Numbered from the stretch's first letter, positions 17,441-26,720 are shown. The stretch is DNA of 64,000 nt from an uncultured Eubacteriales bacterium (GCA_900548005.1 URIZ01000001.1:93756-157755); one strand, 5' to 3'. Notes: generated from the letters alone by a model not told the origin. Numbers and translations are program-made.

Positions 17441-17665
17441 ATTGACAAAGCGTATCCGCAATCGTCACCTAATTGTAAGACGACGACGGATTTGCGCATA
17501 ATATTATCGGTGGACATTTCAAAAGCCCTTTGCTCGCAAAGGACTTTTGCTTTTGAAAGAGTTATTGCAATATTAAGACTATGGTGCTATAATATTTGCG
17601 AAAAAATGGCGAAAGCCGTACAACGAGATTATAGGACACGGTCAGACCGTGCAAGTGGTGAGAAA

Positions 17666-19423
17666 ATGAAAGAACACATCGAAAAATTGCAAAAATACGT
17701 TGTAGAGCAGGGCATTGACGCATACGTCGTGTTCACAAACGACGATCACGGCAGCGAATACGTTGTGGATCACTTCAAAGCTCGCGCTTTTTTGAGCGGA
17801 TTTACGGGCAGCGCAGGCACGCTTGTCGTCACCAAAGACGGCTCGTATTTGTGGACGGACGGCAGATATTTCCTTCAAGCGTCCACGCAGCTCAAGCTCA
17901 CGGACACAAAACTTATGAAAATGGGCGAGCCCGATTGCCCCGAGATTGCAAAATTCATCGCCGATTTGGCGGACGCGCCCACGGTTGCGTTTGATTTCAA
18001 GACCGCTACGGTTGAATTTGTCGAGTATTTGAAAAACGTATGCCCGAGTGTAAAACTTGTTGACGACGGTGCGATTATAGACGCCGTTTGGACGGACAGA
18101 CCGTCAATCGAATGTACAACCGCATATTATCTTGACGACAAGGTTTCGGGCGAAAGCGTGGCAAGCAAACTTGCCAATTTGCGCGACGACACAAAGCATC
18201 AAGGTTGCAACGTGGCTCTTGTTTCGTCCCTTGACGATTTTGCGTGGCTCTTCAACTTGCGCGGCAACGACATCGAATACAACCCCGTCAACTATGCCTA
18301 CGCAATCGTATCGCAAACGGAAACGGCGGTGTTTATCGACACTAGAAAAATCGATGACAAAATCGCAAAAGTATTCAAACAAAACAACGTGAAAACCTTT
18401 GAATACGATCAAGTGTACGAATATGCAAAGTCAATAAAAGATGTTGTGCTCGTTGACAAGGACAAGACAAACTATGCGTTGTTCTCCTGCATCGAGAGCG
18501 CAAAAGAGACCGCACTTTTCCCCACAACGTCACGCAAAGCGTGCAAAAACCCCGTGGAAATCCGCAATATCCGCAAAGCGCATGTGGAAGACGGTGTGGC
18601 TATGGTCAAATTTATGCGCTATCTCAAAGAGAACGTGGGCAAGGTGCAAATGAGCGAAATCTCGCTTGCCGACACATTGGAGGCGTTTCGCAGAGAAAGC
18701 AAAAACTTTGTGGAATTGAGCTTTGATACCATTTGCGGATATGCGTTAAACGGCGCAATCGTGCACTATTCCGCAACACCCGAAACCAACAAACAAGTGG
18801 GCAAAAAAGGCTTGTTGCTTGTGGACAGCGGCGCACAATATCGCTATGGCACGACAGATATCACAAGAACGTTCGGGCTGGGCAAACTCACCAAGGAAGA
18901 GAAGAGAGCGTTCACTCTCGTTCTCAAATCGCACATCGCGCTTGCTTGCGCGGTGTTCCCTTCGGGCACTCCCGGCGCAAGACTTGACGCTATTGCACGC
19001 GAGCCTATGTACGAATACGGCATGGACTTCAAACACGGCACGGGACACGGCGTAGGCTATCTTCTCAACGTTCACGAAGGTCCGCAAAACATCTCTCCGC
19101 GCGCAACCACATGGAAATACGCGCTCTATCCGGGCATGATCACGTCCAACGAGCCGGGCTATTACAAGGAAGGCGCGTTTGGCATCCGCCACGAAAATCT
19201 CGTGCTGACCGTTGAAAAAGAAAAGACGGAATACGGCACTTTCTGCGCTTTCGAGACAATCACGCTTGTGCCTTTCGACCTTGATTGCATAGACGCAAAA
19301 CTGCTCTCGGACAGCGAAAAAGAGTGGCTCAACAACTATCACAAGAAAGTGCGCGCAAAGCTCTCAAAGCACCTGACGGGCAAAGACTTGCGCTTCCTTG
19401 AAAAAGCAACGAGAGAGATTTGA
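17666..19423 (+). CDS. M24B-family Xaa-Pro aminopeptidase (aminopeptidase P family, long form)
   Basis: ATG at 17666 follows GGTGAG; the track's upstream extension looks non-coding. Creatinase/prolidase N-domains are followed by the pita-bread motifs DSGAQYRYGTTDITRT, HGTGHGVG, NEPGYY and GIRHEN. Confidence 0.85.
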   Translation: MKEHIEKLQKYVVEQGIDAYVVFTNDDHGSEYVVDHFKARAFLSGFTGSAGTLVVTKDGSYLWTDGRYFLQASTQLKLTDTKLMKMGEPDCPEIAKFIADLADAPTVAFDFKTATVEFVEYLKNVCPSVKLVDDGAIIDAVWTDRPSIECTTAYYLDDKVSGESVASKLANLRDDTKHQGCNVALVSSLDDFAWLFNLRGNDIEYNPVNYAYAIVSQTETAVFIDTRKIDDKIAKVFKQNNVKTFEYDQVYEYAKSIKDVVLVDKDKTNYALFSCIESAKETALFPTTSRKACKNPVEIRNIRKAHVEDGVAMVKFMRYLKENVGKVQMSEISLADTLEAFRRESKNFVELSFDTICGYALNGAIVHYSATPETNKQVGKKGLLLVDSGAQYRYGTTDITRTFGLGKLTKEEKRAFTLVLKSHIALACAVFPSGTPGARLDAIAREPMYEYGMDFKHGTGHGVGYLLNVHEGPQNISPRATTWKYALYPGMITSNEPGYYKEGAFGIRHENLVLTVEKEKTEYGTFCAFETITLVPFDLDCIDAKLLSDSEKEWLNNYHKKVRAKLSKHLTGKDLRFLEKATREI

Positions 19424-19495
19424 CAAGCTCAAATTGCGCAAAATCAAAGCATTGATTTTTGCCGAATTTGTCACAAAACCATATTTAATCAAACG

Positions 19496-19522
19496 AAAAG
19501 TAGGGCATAAGCCCTGCTTTTT
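19496..19522 (+). terminator. Rho-independent terminator
   Basis: GTAGGGC-ATAA-GCCCTGC followed by TTTTT. Confidence 0.75.
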
Positions 19523-19670
19523 GACTATTTGTTCGACTTGCAGATTTTTCAAAAGCCGTTGACTATACGCATTTTGTACTGTTACTCACATGTGCACGCA
19601 CGCGTATGGGCGCGTGCCTAAATATACTCACGCACAAACGCATGCGCGTTGCAGGCGTGGCAAAGTTTTA

Positions 19671-19805
19671 TGCTCATACAACGCAACGATCTACGCTCAT
19701 ATAAGCAATACAACAATCTCCGCTCATATAAGCAATATGATGTCGGCAACAAAATACGGCAGTGCATATATGCAAGCAAATTTATATCCGGCTCTATAAG
19801 CAATG
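19671..19805 (+). repeat. Iterated GCTCATATAAGCAAT-type direct repeats (2 exact, 2 degenerate)
   Basis: CGCTCATATAAGCAATA occurs at 19694-19710 and 19721-19737 (27-nt period). Degenerate copies are TGCTCATACAACGCAAC (19671) and GCTCTATAAGCAATG (19791). Confidence 0.7.
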
Positions 19806-20049
19806 AAAAACGCACGGCAATTGCACGTATCGGCAAAATGATAATTTCCATTGACAATTTGAAACGGTATTCAAACCGAGCGATTTTCAGTTGTGTTGCG
19901 TTTGGGAGTTAGGCAACAAGTGCGGAAGATTTTGAGAGCGAATTGTCGGGCAAAACGTATGACAATTTGATGTTTCACACGCATAATCCACGCTGCGTGT
20001 TTTGTGAAAAAAATTTTTTATGAAAATGTCAAATTGTGTCGTTTTTCGT

Positions 20050-20079
20050 TTGACATCGTCCTTCCGATTTGGATATAAT
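20050..20079 (+). promoter_or_regulatory. Sigma-A-type promoter of xpt
   Basis: TTGACA (20050-20055), an 18-nt spacer, then TATAAT (20074-20079), about 95 nt upstream of the xpt ATG. Confidence 0.65.
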
Positions 20080-20175
20080 GCCCATATCATTTAGAAGCAA
20101 CCAAAACAGCAACGCACAACCGACGGGGGAAAAATACCGTATACTCCACAAAATATTGTGGTAAAGGAGCGCGCT

Positions 20176-20751
20176 ATGAAGATTTTGGAGGAGCGTATCT
20201 TGAGAGATGGCAAGGTTAGACCCGGAAACATTCTCAAGGTGGGCGGATTTCTTAATCATCTTATTGACCATCAATTGTTGGACGAGATCGGGAAGGAAAT
20301 TTCTGCGCTCTTTTGCGGGGAAAATATCACTAAAATTCTAACCATAGAAGCATCGGGCATAGCCATAGCTTGTGCAGCCGCACAGCATGTGAATGCGCCG
20401 GTGCTTTTTGCTAAGAAAAGTAAGACGATAAATATCTCCAACGACTGTTATCACGCAGAAGTTTATTCCTACACTCATCAAGTTTCAAAGACCATCATGG
20501 TTGAAAAGGACTTCATCTCAAAAGACGACAGAGTCCTTATCGTTGACGACTTTCTTGCCAACGGCGCGGCGATTGCCGGGCTTATGAGCATTGTCGAGCA
20601 AGCGGGCGCAACGCTCGTGGGATGCGCGGTGGCGATCGAAAAGGGATTCCAAGGCGGCGGCGACGAGCTTCGTCAAAAGGGAGTCAAGGTTGAAAGCCTT
20701 GCGATCATCGACTCTATGGACGACGGCAAGATCGTGTTCAGACAACAATGA
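20176..20751 (+). CDS. xpt: Xanthine phosphoribosyltransferase
   Basis: Starts MKILEERILRDGKVRPGNILKVGGFLNH, with the PRPP-binding loop RVLIVDDFLANGAA. AAGGAG lies 7 nt upstream of the ATG at 20176. Confidence 0.9.
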   Translation: MKILEERILRDGKVRPGNILKVGGFLNHLIDHQLLDEIGKEISALFCGENITKILTIEASGIAIACAAAQHVNAPVLFAKKSKTINISNDCYHAEVYSYTHQVSKTIMVEKDFISKDDRVLIVDDFLANGAAIAGLMSIVEQAGATLVGCAVAIEKGFQGGGDELRQKGVKVESLAIIDSMDDGKIVFRQQ

Positions 20752-20825
20752 CGTTCCCGTCGCAAGACGTGAATATATCAAAAAAACAAAAATAATATGC
20801 CCAACGGCAAAATAAGGAGAAACGC

Positions 20826-22079
20826 ATGAAAAAGAAAGTATTGGCACTTGTGCTTTGCTTGGCTCTCGTAACCGCATTGGTTATCGGATTGGTTGCTTGC
20901 AACAATGATGCAGACGCAAAAGAGCTCGAATTGCCCGCATTCGAAGGAATCGCTAATCCGGACTATTCAAAAGTCGAAATCAAAAAGGATTTCAAGATTG
21001 GTATCATCTGCTTGCACGATGACTCTTCCACTTATGACAAGAACTTCATCGACGCTGCAAAAAAAGCTGTTGATGAGCTTGGTCTCAGCACCAAAACGAA
21101 CCTTATCTTCAAAACCAACATCAAAGAAAATGCAGAATGCACGACCGCAGCACAAGAACTCGTTGAAGCAGGTTGCGACGTTATCTTTGCAGACTCCTTT
21201 GGCCATGAGCAATTCTTGAAAGAAGTTGCAAAAGACAATCCGAATATCCAATTCTGCCACGCAACAGGCGTCAGCGCAGAAGAAAGCAAACTTGCAAACT
21301 TCCACAACGCATTTGCATCCATCTATGAAGGCAGATACCTTGCAGGCGTTGCAGCAGGTCTCAAACTCAACGAAATGATTGCAAACGGCACCATCACCGC
21401 AGAACAAGCAAAAATGGGTTATGTCGGTGCATTCACTTATGCAGAAGTTATCTCCGGTTACACTGCATTCTATCTCGGTGCAAAATCCGTTTGCCCCACT
21501 GTGACGATGGATGTCAAGTTCACGGGTTCTTGGTATGATCTTACTGCAGAAAAAGAAACCGCAGAAGCACTCATCCAAGGCGGTTGCAAAGTCATCAGCC
21601 AACACGCAGACTCCATGGGCGCACCGTCCGCATGCGAAAGAGCAGGCGTCCCCAACGTGTCCTACAACGGCAGCACCTTTGAGGCTTGCCCCGAAACCTT
21701 CATCGTTTCTTCCAGAATCGATTGGGCACCTTACTTCAAATACATCATCACTCAAACCGCACAAGGCAAAGAAATTGACACCAACTGGACCGGCACTTTG
21801 ACAACCGGCAGCGTCGTGCTCACCAACGTCGGCAGCAAAGCGGCAGCAGAAGGCACCGTTGATAAAATCGTCGAAGTGAGAACGAAACTTGCAAAGGGCG
21901 AAATCAACGTTTTCGACACCAAAAACTTCACCGTTAACGGTGAAAAAGTCTCCACCAAGGTTATCGAAGGACACGAAGTTATCGTCAACGGAATCTTCAA
22001 AGAATCCGATTTCCGTTCTGCTCCGTACTTCGATCTCAGAATTGACGGAATCAAACTTCTTAACGAAAAACTTGGCTAA
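20826..22079 (+). CDS. BMP-family (PnrA/TmpC-like) nucleoside-binding lipoprotein of an ABC transporter
   Basis: Lipoprotein signal with lipobox LVAC. BMP-family blocks (GYVGAFTYAEVISG, SWYD, ISQHADS) and the adjacent cognate ABC genes. Confidence 0.8.
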   Translation: MKKKVLALVLCLALVTALVIGLVACNNDADAKELELPAFEGIANPDYSKVEIKKDFKIGIICLHDDSSTYDKNFIDAAKKAVDELGLSTKTNLIFKTNIKENAECTTAAQELVEAGCDVIFADSFGHEQFLKEVAKDNPNIQFCHATGVSAEESKLANFHNAFASIYEGRYLAGVAAGLKLNEMIANGTITAEQAKMGYVGAFTYAEVISGYTAFYLGAKSVCPTVTMDVKFTGSWYDLTAEKETAEALIQGGCKVISQHADSMGAPSACERAGVPNVSYNGSTFEACPETFIVSSRIDWAPYFKYIITQTAQGKEIDTNWTGTLTTGSVVLTNVGSKAAAEGTVDKIVEVRTKLAKGEINVFDTKNFTVNGEKVSTKVIEGHEVIVNGIFKESDFRSAPYFDLRIDGIKLLNEKLG

Positions 22080-22094
22080 TTCTTAAAAAAACAA

Positions 22095-22133
22095 GGCATA
22101 GCGGAGCGAAAACTCCGCTATGCCGATTTTTTT
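22095..22133 (+). terminator. Intra-operon terminator/attenuator after the binding-protein gene
   Basis: GGCATAGCGGAG-CGAAAA-CTCCGCTATGCC (12 bp) followed by GATTTTTTT. Confidence 0.8.
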
Positions 22134-22176
22134 GCAAAAGCGCGCAAAGCGCATATTTTTATTTATGGAGATCGGC

Positions 22177-23946
22177 ATGGAATATACTTGTGCTGTAGAA
22201 ATGAAGGGGATTACAAAACGCTTCGGTGACGTTGTTGCAAACAGCAATGTCAATCTTGACTTGCGCAAAGGCGAAATCTTGTCCTTGCTTGGCGAGAACG
22301 GAAGCGGCAAAACAACCCTTATGAATATGCTTGCAGGCATATATTTCCCCGACGAAGGTCAAATCTTCGTCAACGGAAATGAAGTGGTCATTCGTTCACC
22401 GAAAGACGCTTTTGAAAACCATATCGGCATGGTGCATCAGCATTTCAAGCTCGTGGACGTGTTCTCGGCGGCGGACAACATCATTCTCGGCGAAAAAGAA
22501 GAGAAGTTGCCATATAAGGAAGAAAAACAACGTCTCATCGAAAACGCGCTTGAAAACAACGCAGAGTGCGACGAGTATGACAAGCAAGAACATAACGGCG
22601 TTCTTTCCTATCTCACCGCGCCCAAAAGAATAACGGATAAAGAACTCAAAAGGCAAATCTCGCTCTTGCCTTGGACAAGATTTGCAAGAAGTGCGCAATT
22701 CAACTGGCTCAGAAAGGATCGCGCAAAAGAATTGCAAAAGATTGCCGACAAATACGGGTTCGATATCGACTTAAACAAGAAAATATACGACATGTCTGTC
22801 AGTGAAAAGCAGACTGTCGAAATCATAAAAGTATTGTACAGGAAGGCGGATATTCTCATTCTTGACGAGCCGACCGCCGTTCTCACTCCGCAAGAGATCA
22901 CAAAACTGTTTTCCGTCATGCGCAAGATGAGAGAAGACGGCAAGTCAATCATCATCATCACGCACAAGCTCAACGAAGTTATGGAAATCAGCGACAGAGT
23001 GGCGGTGCTTCGCAAAGGCGAGCATATCGCAACCGTCGAAACCAACGACACCAACGAAAAACAACTCACCGAAATGATGGTGGGCAAGAAGGTGGATCTC
23101 AACATCGAAAGAGCAACTCCGCACGACGTGGAAGACAGATTGGTTGTCGAGCATCTCTCTGCTGTCAACCACGAAGGCGTCAAAGTGCTTGACGACGTGT
23201 CGTTTGCGGCTCGCTCGGGCGAGATTCTCGGCATCGCAGGCATCGCAGGAAGCGGTCAAAAAGAATTGCTCGAAGCAATCGCCGGACTTCAAAAACTCAA
23301 CAGCGGCGACATCATTTATTTCGATCCGTCAAAAAACAACGAAAAAGTGGACTTACGCTCCAAGACTCCCGTTCAAATCAGAGAGCTTGGCGTTAGACTC
23401 TCGTTCGTTCCCGAAGACAGACTTGGCATGGGACTTGTCGGCAACATGGACATCACCGACAACATTATGCTCCGTTCGTACAGAAAGGGCATCCCGTTCT
23501 TCCTTGACAGAAAGAATCCAAAAAAACTTGCAGAACAAATCGTTGACGAGCTTCAAGTCGCAACGCCCAACACGCAAACTCCCGTCAGACGTTTGTCGGG
23601 CGGCAATGTGCAAAAAATCCTTGTCGGACGTGAAATTGCGGCAGCCCCTACGGTGTTTATGGCGGCATATCCCGTTCGCGGACTCGACATCAACTCGTCT
23701 TACACCATATACCATCTTCTCAACGAGCAAAAAGAGAAGGGCGTGGCAGTCATTTTTGTCGGTGAAGACCTTGACGTGCTTATCGACCTTTGCGACAGAA
23801 TCATGGTCATTTGCGGCGGCAAAATCACCGGCGTCATCGATGGCAGACGCGCAATAAAAGAGCAAATCGGCTCGCTTATGCTCGGCAGAGAAATCGCCGA
23901 AAACGATGAAAACAACAAGGAGACAGCGCAAAATGAAGCAGAATAG
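22177..23946 (+). CDS. Nucleoside/sugar-type ABC transporter ATP-binding protein (two fused ATPase domains) with a ~60-aa insertion
   Basis: ATG at 22177 follows GGAG. Walker A GENGSGKTT, Walker B ILILDEPT, and a second domain with GIAGIAGSGQKEL, LSGGNVQK and a degenerate Walker B. Confidence 0.85.
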   Translation: MEYTCAVEMKGITKRFGDVVANSNVNLDLRKGEILSLLGENGSGKTTLMNMLAGIYFPDEGQIFVNGNEVVIRSPKDAFENHIGMVHQHFKLVDVFSAADNIILGEKEEKLPYKEEKQRLIENALENNAECDEYDKQEHNGVLSYLTAPKRITDKELKRQISLLPWTRFARSAQFNWLRKDRAKELQKIADKYGFDIDLNKKIYDMSVSEKQTVEIIKVLYRKADILILDEPTAVLTPQEITKLFSVMRKMREDGKSIIIITHKLNEVMEISDRVAVLRKGEHIATVETNDTNEKQLTEMMVGKKVDLNIERATPHDVEDRLVVEHLSAVNHEGVKVLDDVSFAARSGEILGIAGIAGSGQKELLEAIAGLQKLNSGDIIYFDPSKNNEKVDLRSKTPVQIRELGVRLSFVPEDRLGMGLVGNMDITDNIMLRSYRKGIPFFLDRKNPKKLAEQIVDELQVATPNTQTPVRRLSGGNVQKILVGREIAAAPTVFMAAYPVRGLDINSSYTIYHLLNEQKEKGVAVIFVGEDLDVLIDLCDRIMVICGGKITGVIDGRRAIKEQIGSLMLGREIAENDENNKETAQNEAE

Positions 23947-25171
23947 AGAGCCTTTGGTTCACCTTGTAAAAAGAGACAACATTGCGCCGTGGAAACCGTG
24001 GGTTATCAGAGCGGCAACCATTGTCGGCGGCTTGATTTTCGTTTGCTTGCTTTGCTTTGCGGAGTTGAAAATATCTCCTTTCAAAGTGCTCAAGTATATG
24101 TTTGTCGGCTCGTTCGGCTCAGAGTATAACGTGCTTGTTTTGTTCAGACAAATGTCATTTTTGCTCATCATCGCGCTTGCGATAACACCTGCCTTTAAGA
24201 TGCGATTTTGGAACATCGGCGCAGAAGGTCAAGTGCTTATCGGCGCGTTCGGTGCATGCGCGTGTATGTTCTATTGCGGCGGCAAAATGTCGGATGCGGG
24301 GCTTATCGTGCTTATGTTCTTCGTGTCCATTGCGGCAGGCATCGTTTGGGCGGTTATTCCTGCTCTGTTCAAAGCCAAGTGGAACACAAACGAGACGCTT
24401 TTCACGCTTATGATGAACTATATCGCAATGCAAATCGTGTTGTATTTCATCAAAGTTTGGGTGCCGGGCGGCACGGGTTCGCTCGATCCCATCAAATACG
24501 GCAACCTTCCGCCAATCGCAGGCGGCGACTACTATTTCACAATCATTTTCGCCGCAATCATAACTGTTGCAATGTTCTGCTATTTGCGTTTCAGCAAGCA
24601 CGGATACGAGATTACGGTTGTGGGCGAGAGCGTGAACACCGCAAAATATATCGGCATCAACGTCAAAAAGGTCATCATCAGAACGCTCATTCTTTCGGGC
24701 GCGATTTGCGGCATTGCAGGTTTCTTGATTGTTGCGGGCGTTGACCACATGATCAGCAAAAGCACCGTCGGCGGACAAGGTTTCACGGCGGTTTTGGTCA
24801 GTTGGCTTGCGCAGTTCAACCCGATTGGAATGATTTTCACGTCTTTCCTTGTCGCATTTCTCACTCGCGGAACGCAGGAAGTCATGACAAGCGCGGGCAT
24901 AACCAACAACTTCTTTGCGCAAGTGGTCACGGGCATCATGTTTATCATCATCTTGGCGAGCGAGTTTTTGATCAGATACAAAGTCGTGTTCAAGAAGAAA
25001 AACAAAGACGCAACTTCATCGACAGATGCTCCAAAAGATGAGTGCGTAGAGCAAATAGAAACCGAAATATTGACGGAACCCGTCGATATAGAACAAGTTG
25101 CCGACCAAACGCAACTGGCGGACAACTCCGCAGAAAATCCCGAGACGGCTTTAGACAAGGGGGTAAACTGA
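23933..25171 (+). CDS. ABC transporter permease (BMP-system, first subunit)
   Basis: ATG at 23933 lies 8 nt after AAGGAG and overlaps the ATPase 3' end by 14 nt. It is polytopic, with a branched-chain/sugar-type permease pattern and an acidic C-terminal tail. Confidence 0.8.
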   Translation: MKQNREPLVHLVKRDNIAPWKPWVIRAATIVGGLIFVCLLCFAELKISPFKVLKYMFVGSFGSEYNVLVLFRQMSFLLIIALAITPAFKMRFWNIGAEGQVLIGAFGACACMFYCGGKMSDAGLIVLMFFVSIAAGIVWAVIPALFKAKWNTNETLFTLMMNYIAMQIVLYFIKVWVPGGTGSLDPIKYGNLPPIAGGDYYFTIIFAAIITVAMFCYLRFSKHGYEITVVGESVNTAKYIGINVKKVIIRTLILSGAICGIAGFLIVAGVDHMISKSTVGGQGFTAVLVSWLAQFNPIGMIFTSFLVAFLTRGTQEVMTSAGITNNFFAQVVTGIMFIIILASEFLIRYKVVFKKKNKDATSSTDAPKDECVEQIETEILTEPVDIEQVADQTQLADNSAENPETALDKGVN

Positions 25172-25172
25172 T

Positions 25173-26126
25173 ATGTTTGTAAAATTCTTGACAAGCGCAA
25201 TCGCGTTGAGCTCCGTGTTCCTTTACGGCTCAACGGGTGAAATCATCGTCGAAAAAGGCGGACACCTCAACCTCGGTATCCCCGGCATCATGAGCGTCAG
25301 CGCGGCAGTCAGCGCGCTTGTTGAATACGCGCTCATAAAAGGCATGGGTACAAGCGCACCGGCTTTGCTTGTGATTATACCAATCATCGTAGCATTTCTC
25401 GTGGGCGGACTTATGGGTTTGCTATACAGCTTTCTCACCGTCACGCTCAGATGCAATCAAAACGTCGTCGGTCTTGCAATGACCACTCTCGGCGTAGGAC
25501 TTGCGGGCTACTACATGACAGGCGCAGGCTCAAAGATCATGATCGTCGCAAGAGCAAGCAAATATTTCGCCACGCTTTTCGATGTGTCGGGTGGCGGCGC
25601 ATTTGCCAAAATATTCTTCTCGCACGGCATCATGGTGTATCTTGCAATCATCATCGCCGTCATCGCGCAAATCGTGCTCAGCAAGACAAGAACAGGTCTC
25701 AATCTCCGTGCCGTCGGTGAAAACCCCGCAACCGCGGATGCTGCAGGCATCAACGTTTCAAAATATAAATATGTCTCAACCGTTATCGGTTGCGGTATAT
25801 CCGGTTTGGGCGGTCTCACTTGCGTTATGGACTATATGGGCGGCAACTGGGAATACGTTCTCGAAGGCTTTGGCTGGCTCTCCATTGCACTTGTCATTTT
25901 CACGCTTTGGAAACCCGCATTGTCAATTCTCGGCTCAATCATTTTCGCCGGTTTGTACATCGCATCCTTCTACGTTGAAGGCATCTCGTTTGCGCAAATC
26001 GAACTCATCAAACTCTTGCCTTACGTTGTCACCGTTCTTGTGCTTATCATCACCAGCATGATCAACAAGCGTGAAACGCAAGCACCGGCGGCGCTGGGGC
26101 AGTCGTATTATCGCGAAGACAGATAA
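25173..26126 (+). CDS. ABC transporter permease (BMP-system, second subunit)
   Basis: Starts 2 nt after the previous stop, following AAGGGGG. Polytopic, with the motif TRTGLNLRAVGENPATADAAGINV typical of this permease family. Confidence 0.85.
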   Translation: MFVKFLTSAIALSSVFLYGSTGEIIVEKGGHLNLGIPGIMSVSAAVSALVEYALIKGMGTSAPALLVIIPIIVAFLVGGLMGLLYSFLTVTLRCNQNVVGLAMTTLGVGLAGYYMTGAGSKIMIVARASKYFATLFDVSGGGAFAKIFFSHGIMVYLAIIIAVIAQIVLSKTRTGLNLRAVGENPATADAAGINVSKYKYVSTVIGCGISGLGGLTCVMDYMGGNWEYVLEGFGWLSIALVIFTLWKPALSILGSIIFAGLYIASFYVEGISFAQIELIKLLPYVVTVLVLIITSMINKRETQAPAALGQSYYREDR

Positions 26127-26251
26127 AAACGCGCTATTGAGCGAACAACTTCGGCAGAGCCATGCTCCCGTCAACTCATGTACTAAATGTACATTAGGGT
26201 TGCCGTTAGCGTGGCTCTTTCTTGTTCTTCATCTCAATATCGCGTTTTTAT
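26123..26251 (+). repeat. Long-hairpin element, copy A (129 nt)
   Basis: Near-complete palindrome centred at 26186. Outer stem ATAAAAACGCG/CGCGTTTTTAT, then TATTGAG/CTCAATA, GAACAA/TTGTTC, AGAGCCATGCT/AGCGTGGCTCT, and apical ATGTAC-TAAAT-GTACAT. Confidence 0.85.
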
Positions 26252-26362
26252 AGTTTTGATTTGTTAGATTTTTATCTCACTAACCGCGCCGAAAATCTTT
26301 GACAGTTCTATCACGGGCAAAAACTCCAGCCGCAATTTCGCAAGATTGTCGGCTTGGTGATT

Positions 26363-26455
26363 GTAGGGTGGGACACCCACACCCGATTTAGAATAATCGA
26401 CAATTATCAAATTATCCGTGTCATTCTGAGCGTAGTCGAAGAATCTAGCGTAGCG
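26363..26455 (+). repeat. Modular intergenic repeat unit (GGGTGGGACACCCACACCC ... GTCATTCTGAGCGTAGTCGAAGAATC)
   Basis: About 93% identical to the reverse complement of 53712-53806. A second same-strand copy lies at 26618-26720. Confidence 0.85.
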
Positions 26456-26617
26456 AAAATGCGCCTGACGGCTAGATGTTTCGACAGGCTACTCGCAACT
26501 GCTATGCTTGCGCATAGAACCTGCGGTTTCGCCTTTTTCAAAGGCGTTGCTACGTGAATACATACGCTACGCAACCCTTGCAAGCAAGTTGCTCCGCTTT
26601 GCATTGACAACATGGTG

Positions 26618-26720
26618 GTAAGTGTGGGACACCCACACCTGATTGAAAATATTCTGTAGGGTGGTATAAATTATCCTTGTCATTCAGAGCGTAAGCGAAG
26701 AATCTCGTGGAAACGAAACG
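26618..26720 (+). repeat. Modular intergenic repeat unit, second copy
   Basis: GTGTGGG-ACA-CCCACAC perfect hairpin, then GTCATTCAGAGCGTAAGCGAAGAATCTCGTGGAAACGAAAC. The tail matches the reverse complement of 53712-53730. Confidence 0.8.

Noticed and set aside
17492-17665. The N-terminal extension of the aminopeptidase ORF (track start 17492).
   Set aside because: The first 58 codons overlap a terminator-like hairpin at about 17524-17552 and lack a ribosome-binding site. Homology-like sequence starts at MKEHIEKLQKYV (17666), which is preceded by GGTGAG.
20086-20175. The purine (guanine) riboswitch expected upstream of xpt.
   Set aside because: The leader lacks the conserved three-way-junction sequences (such as UAUAAUCGCG...GGAUAUGGC...CUACCG) and is too short and A-rich. 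It is therefore not called.
26354-26557. ORFs sharing GWDTHTRF(R/G)(I/K)IDNYQI(I/F)RVILSVVEES: 26354-26557 (+) and 53594-53845 (-).
   Set aside because: The shared peptide simply reflects the ~93% identical nucleotide repeat. The similarity ends at the repeat borders, the ORFs have no ribosome-binding site, and the sequence consists of hairpin modules. They are treated as non-coding repeats.
26363-26720. Possibility that the repeated modules form a CRISPR array.
   Set aside because: The repeats are about 95 nt long, few in number, irregularly spaced and partly inverted. There are no 25-40-nt repeat/spacer periodicity and no cas genes in the window.
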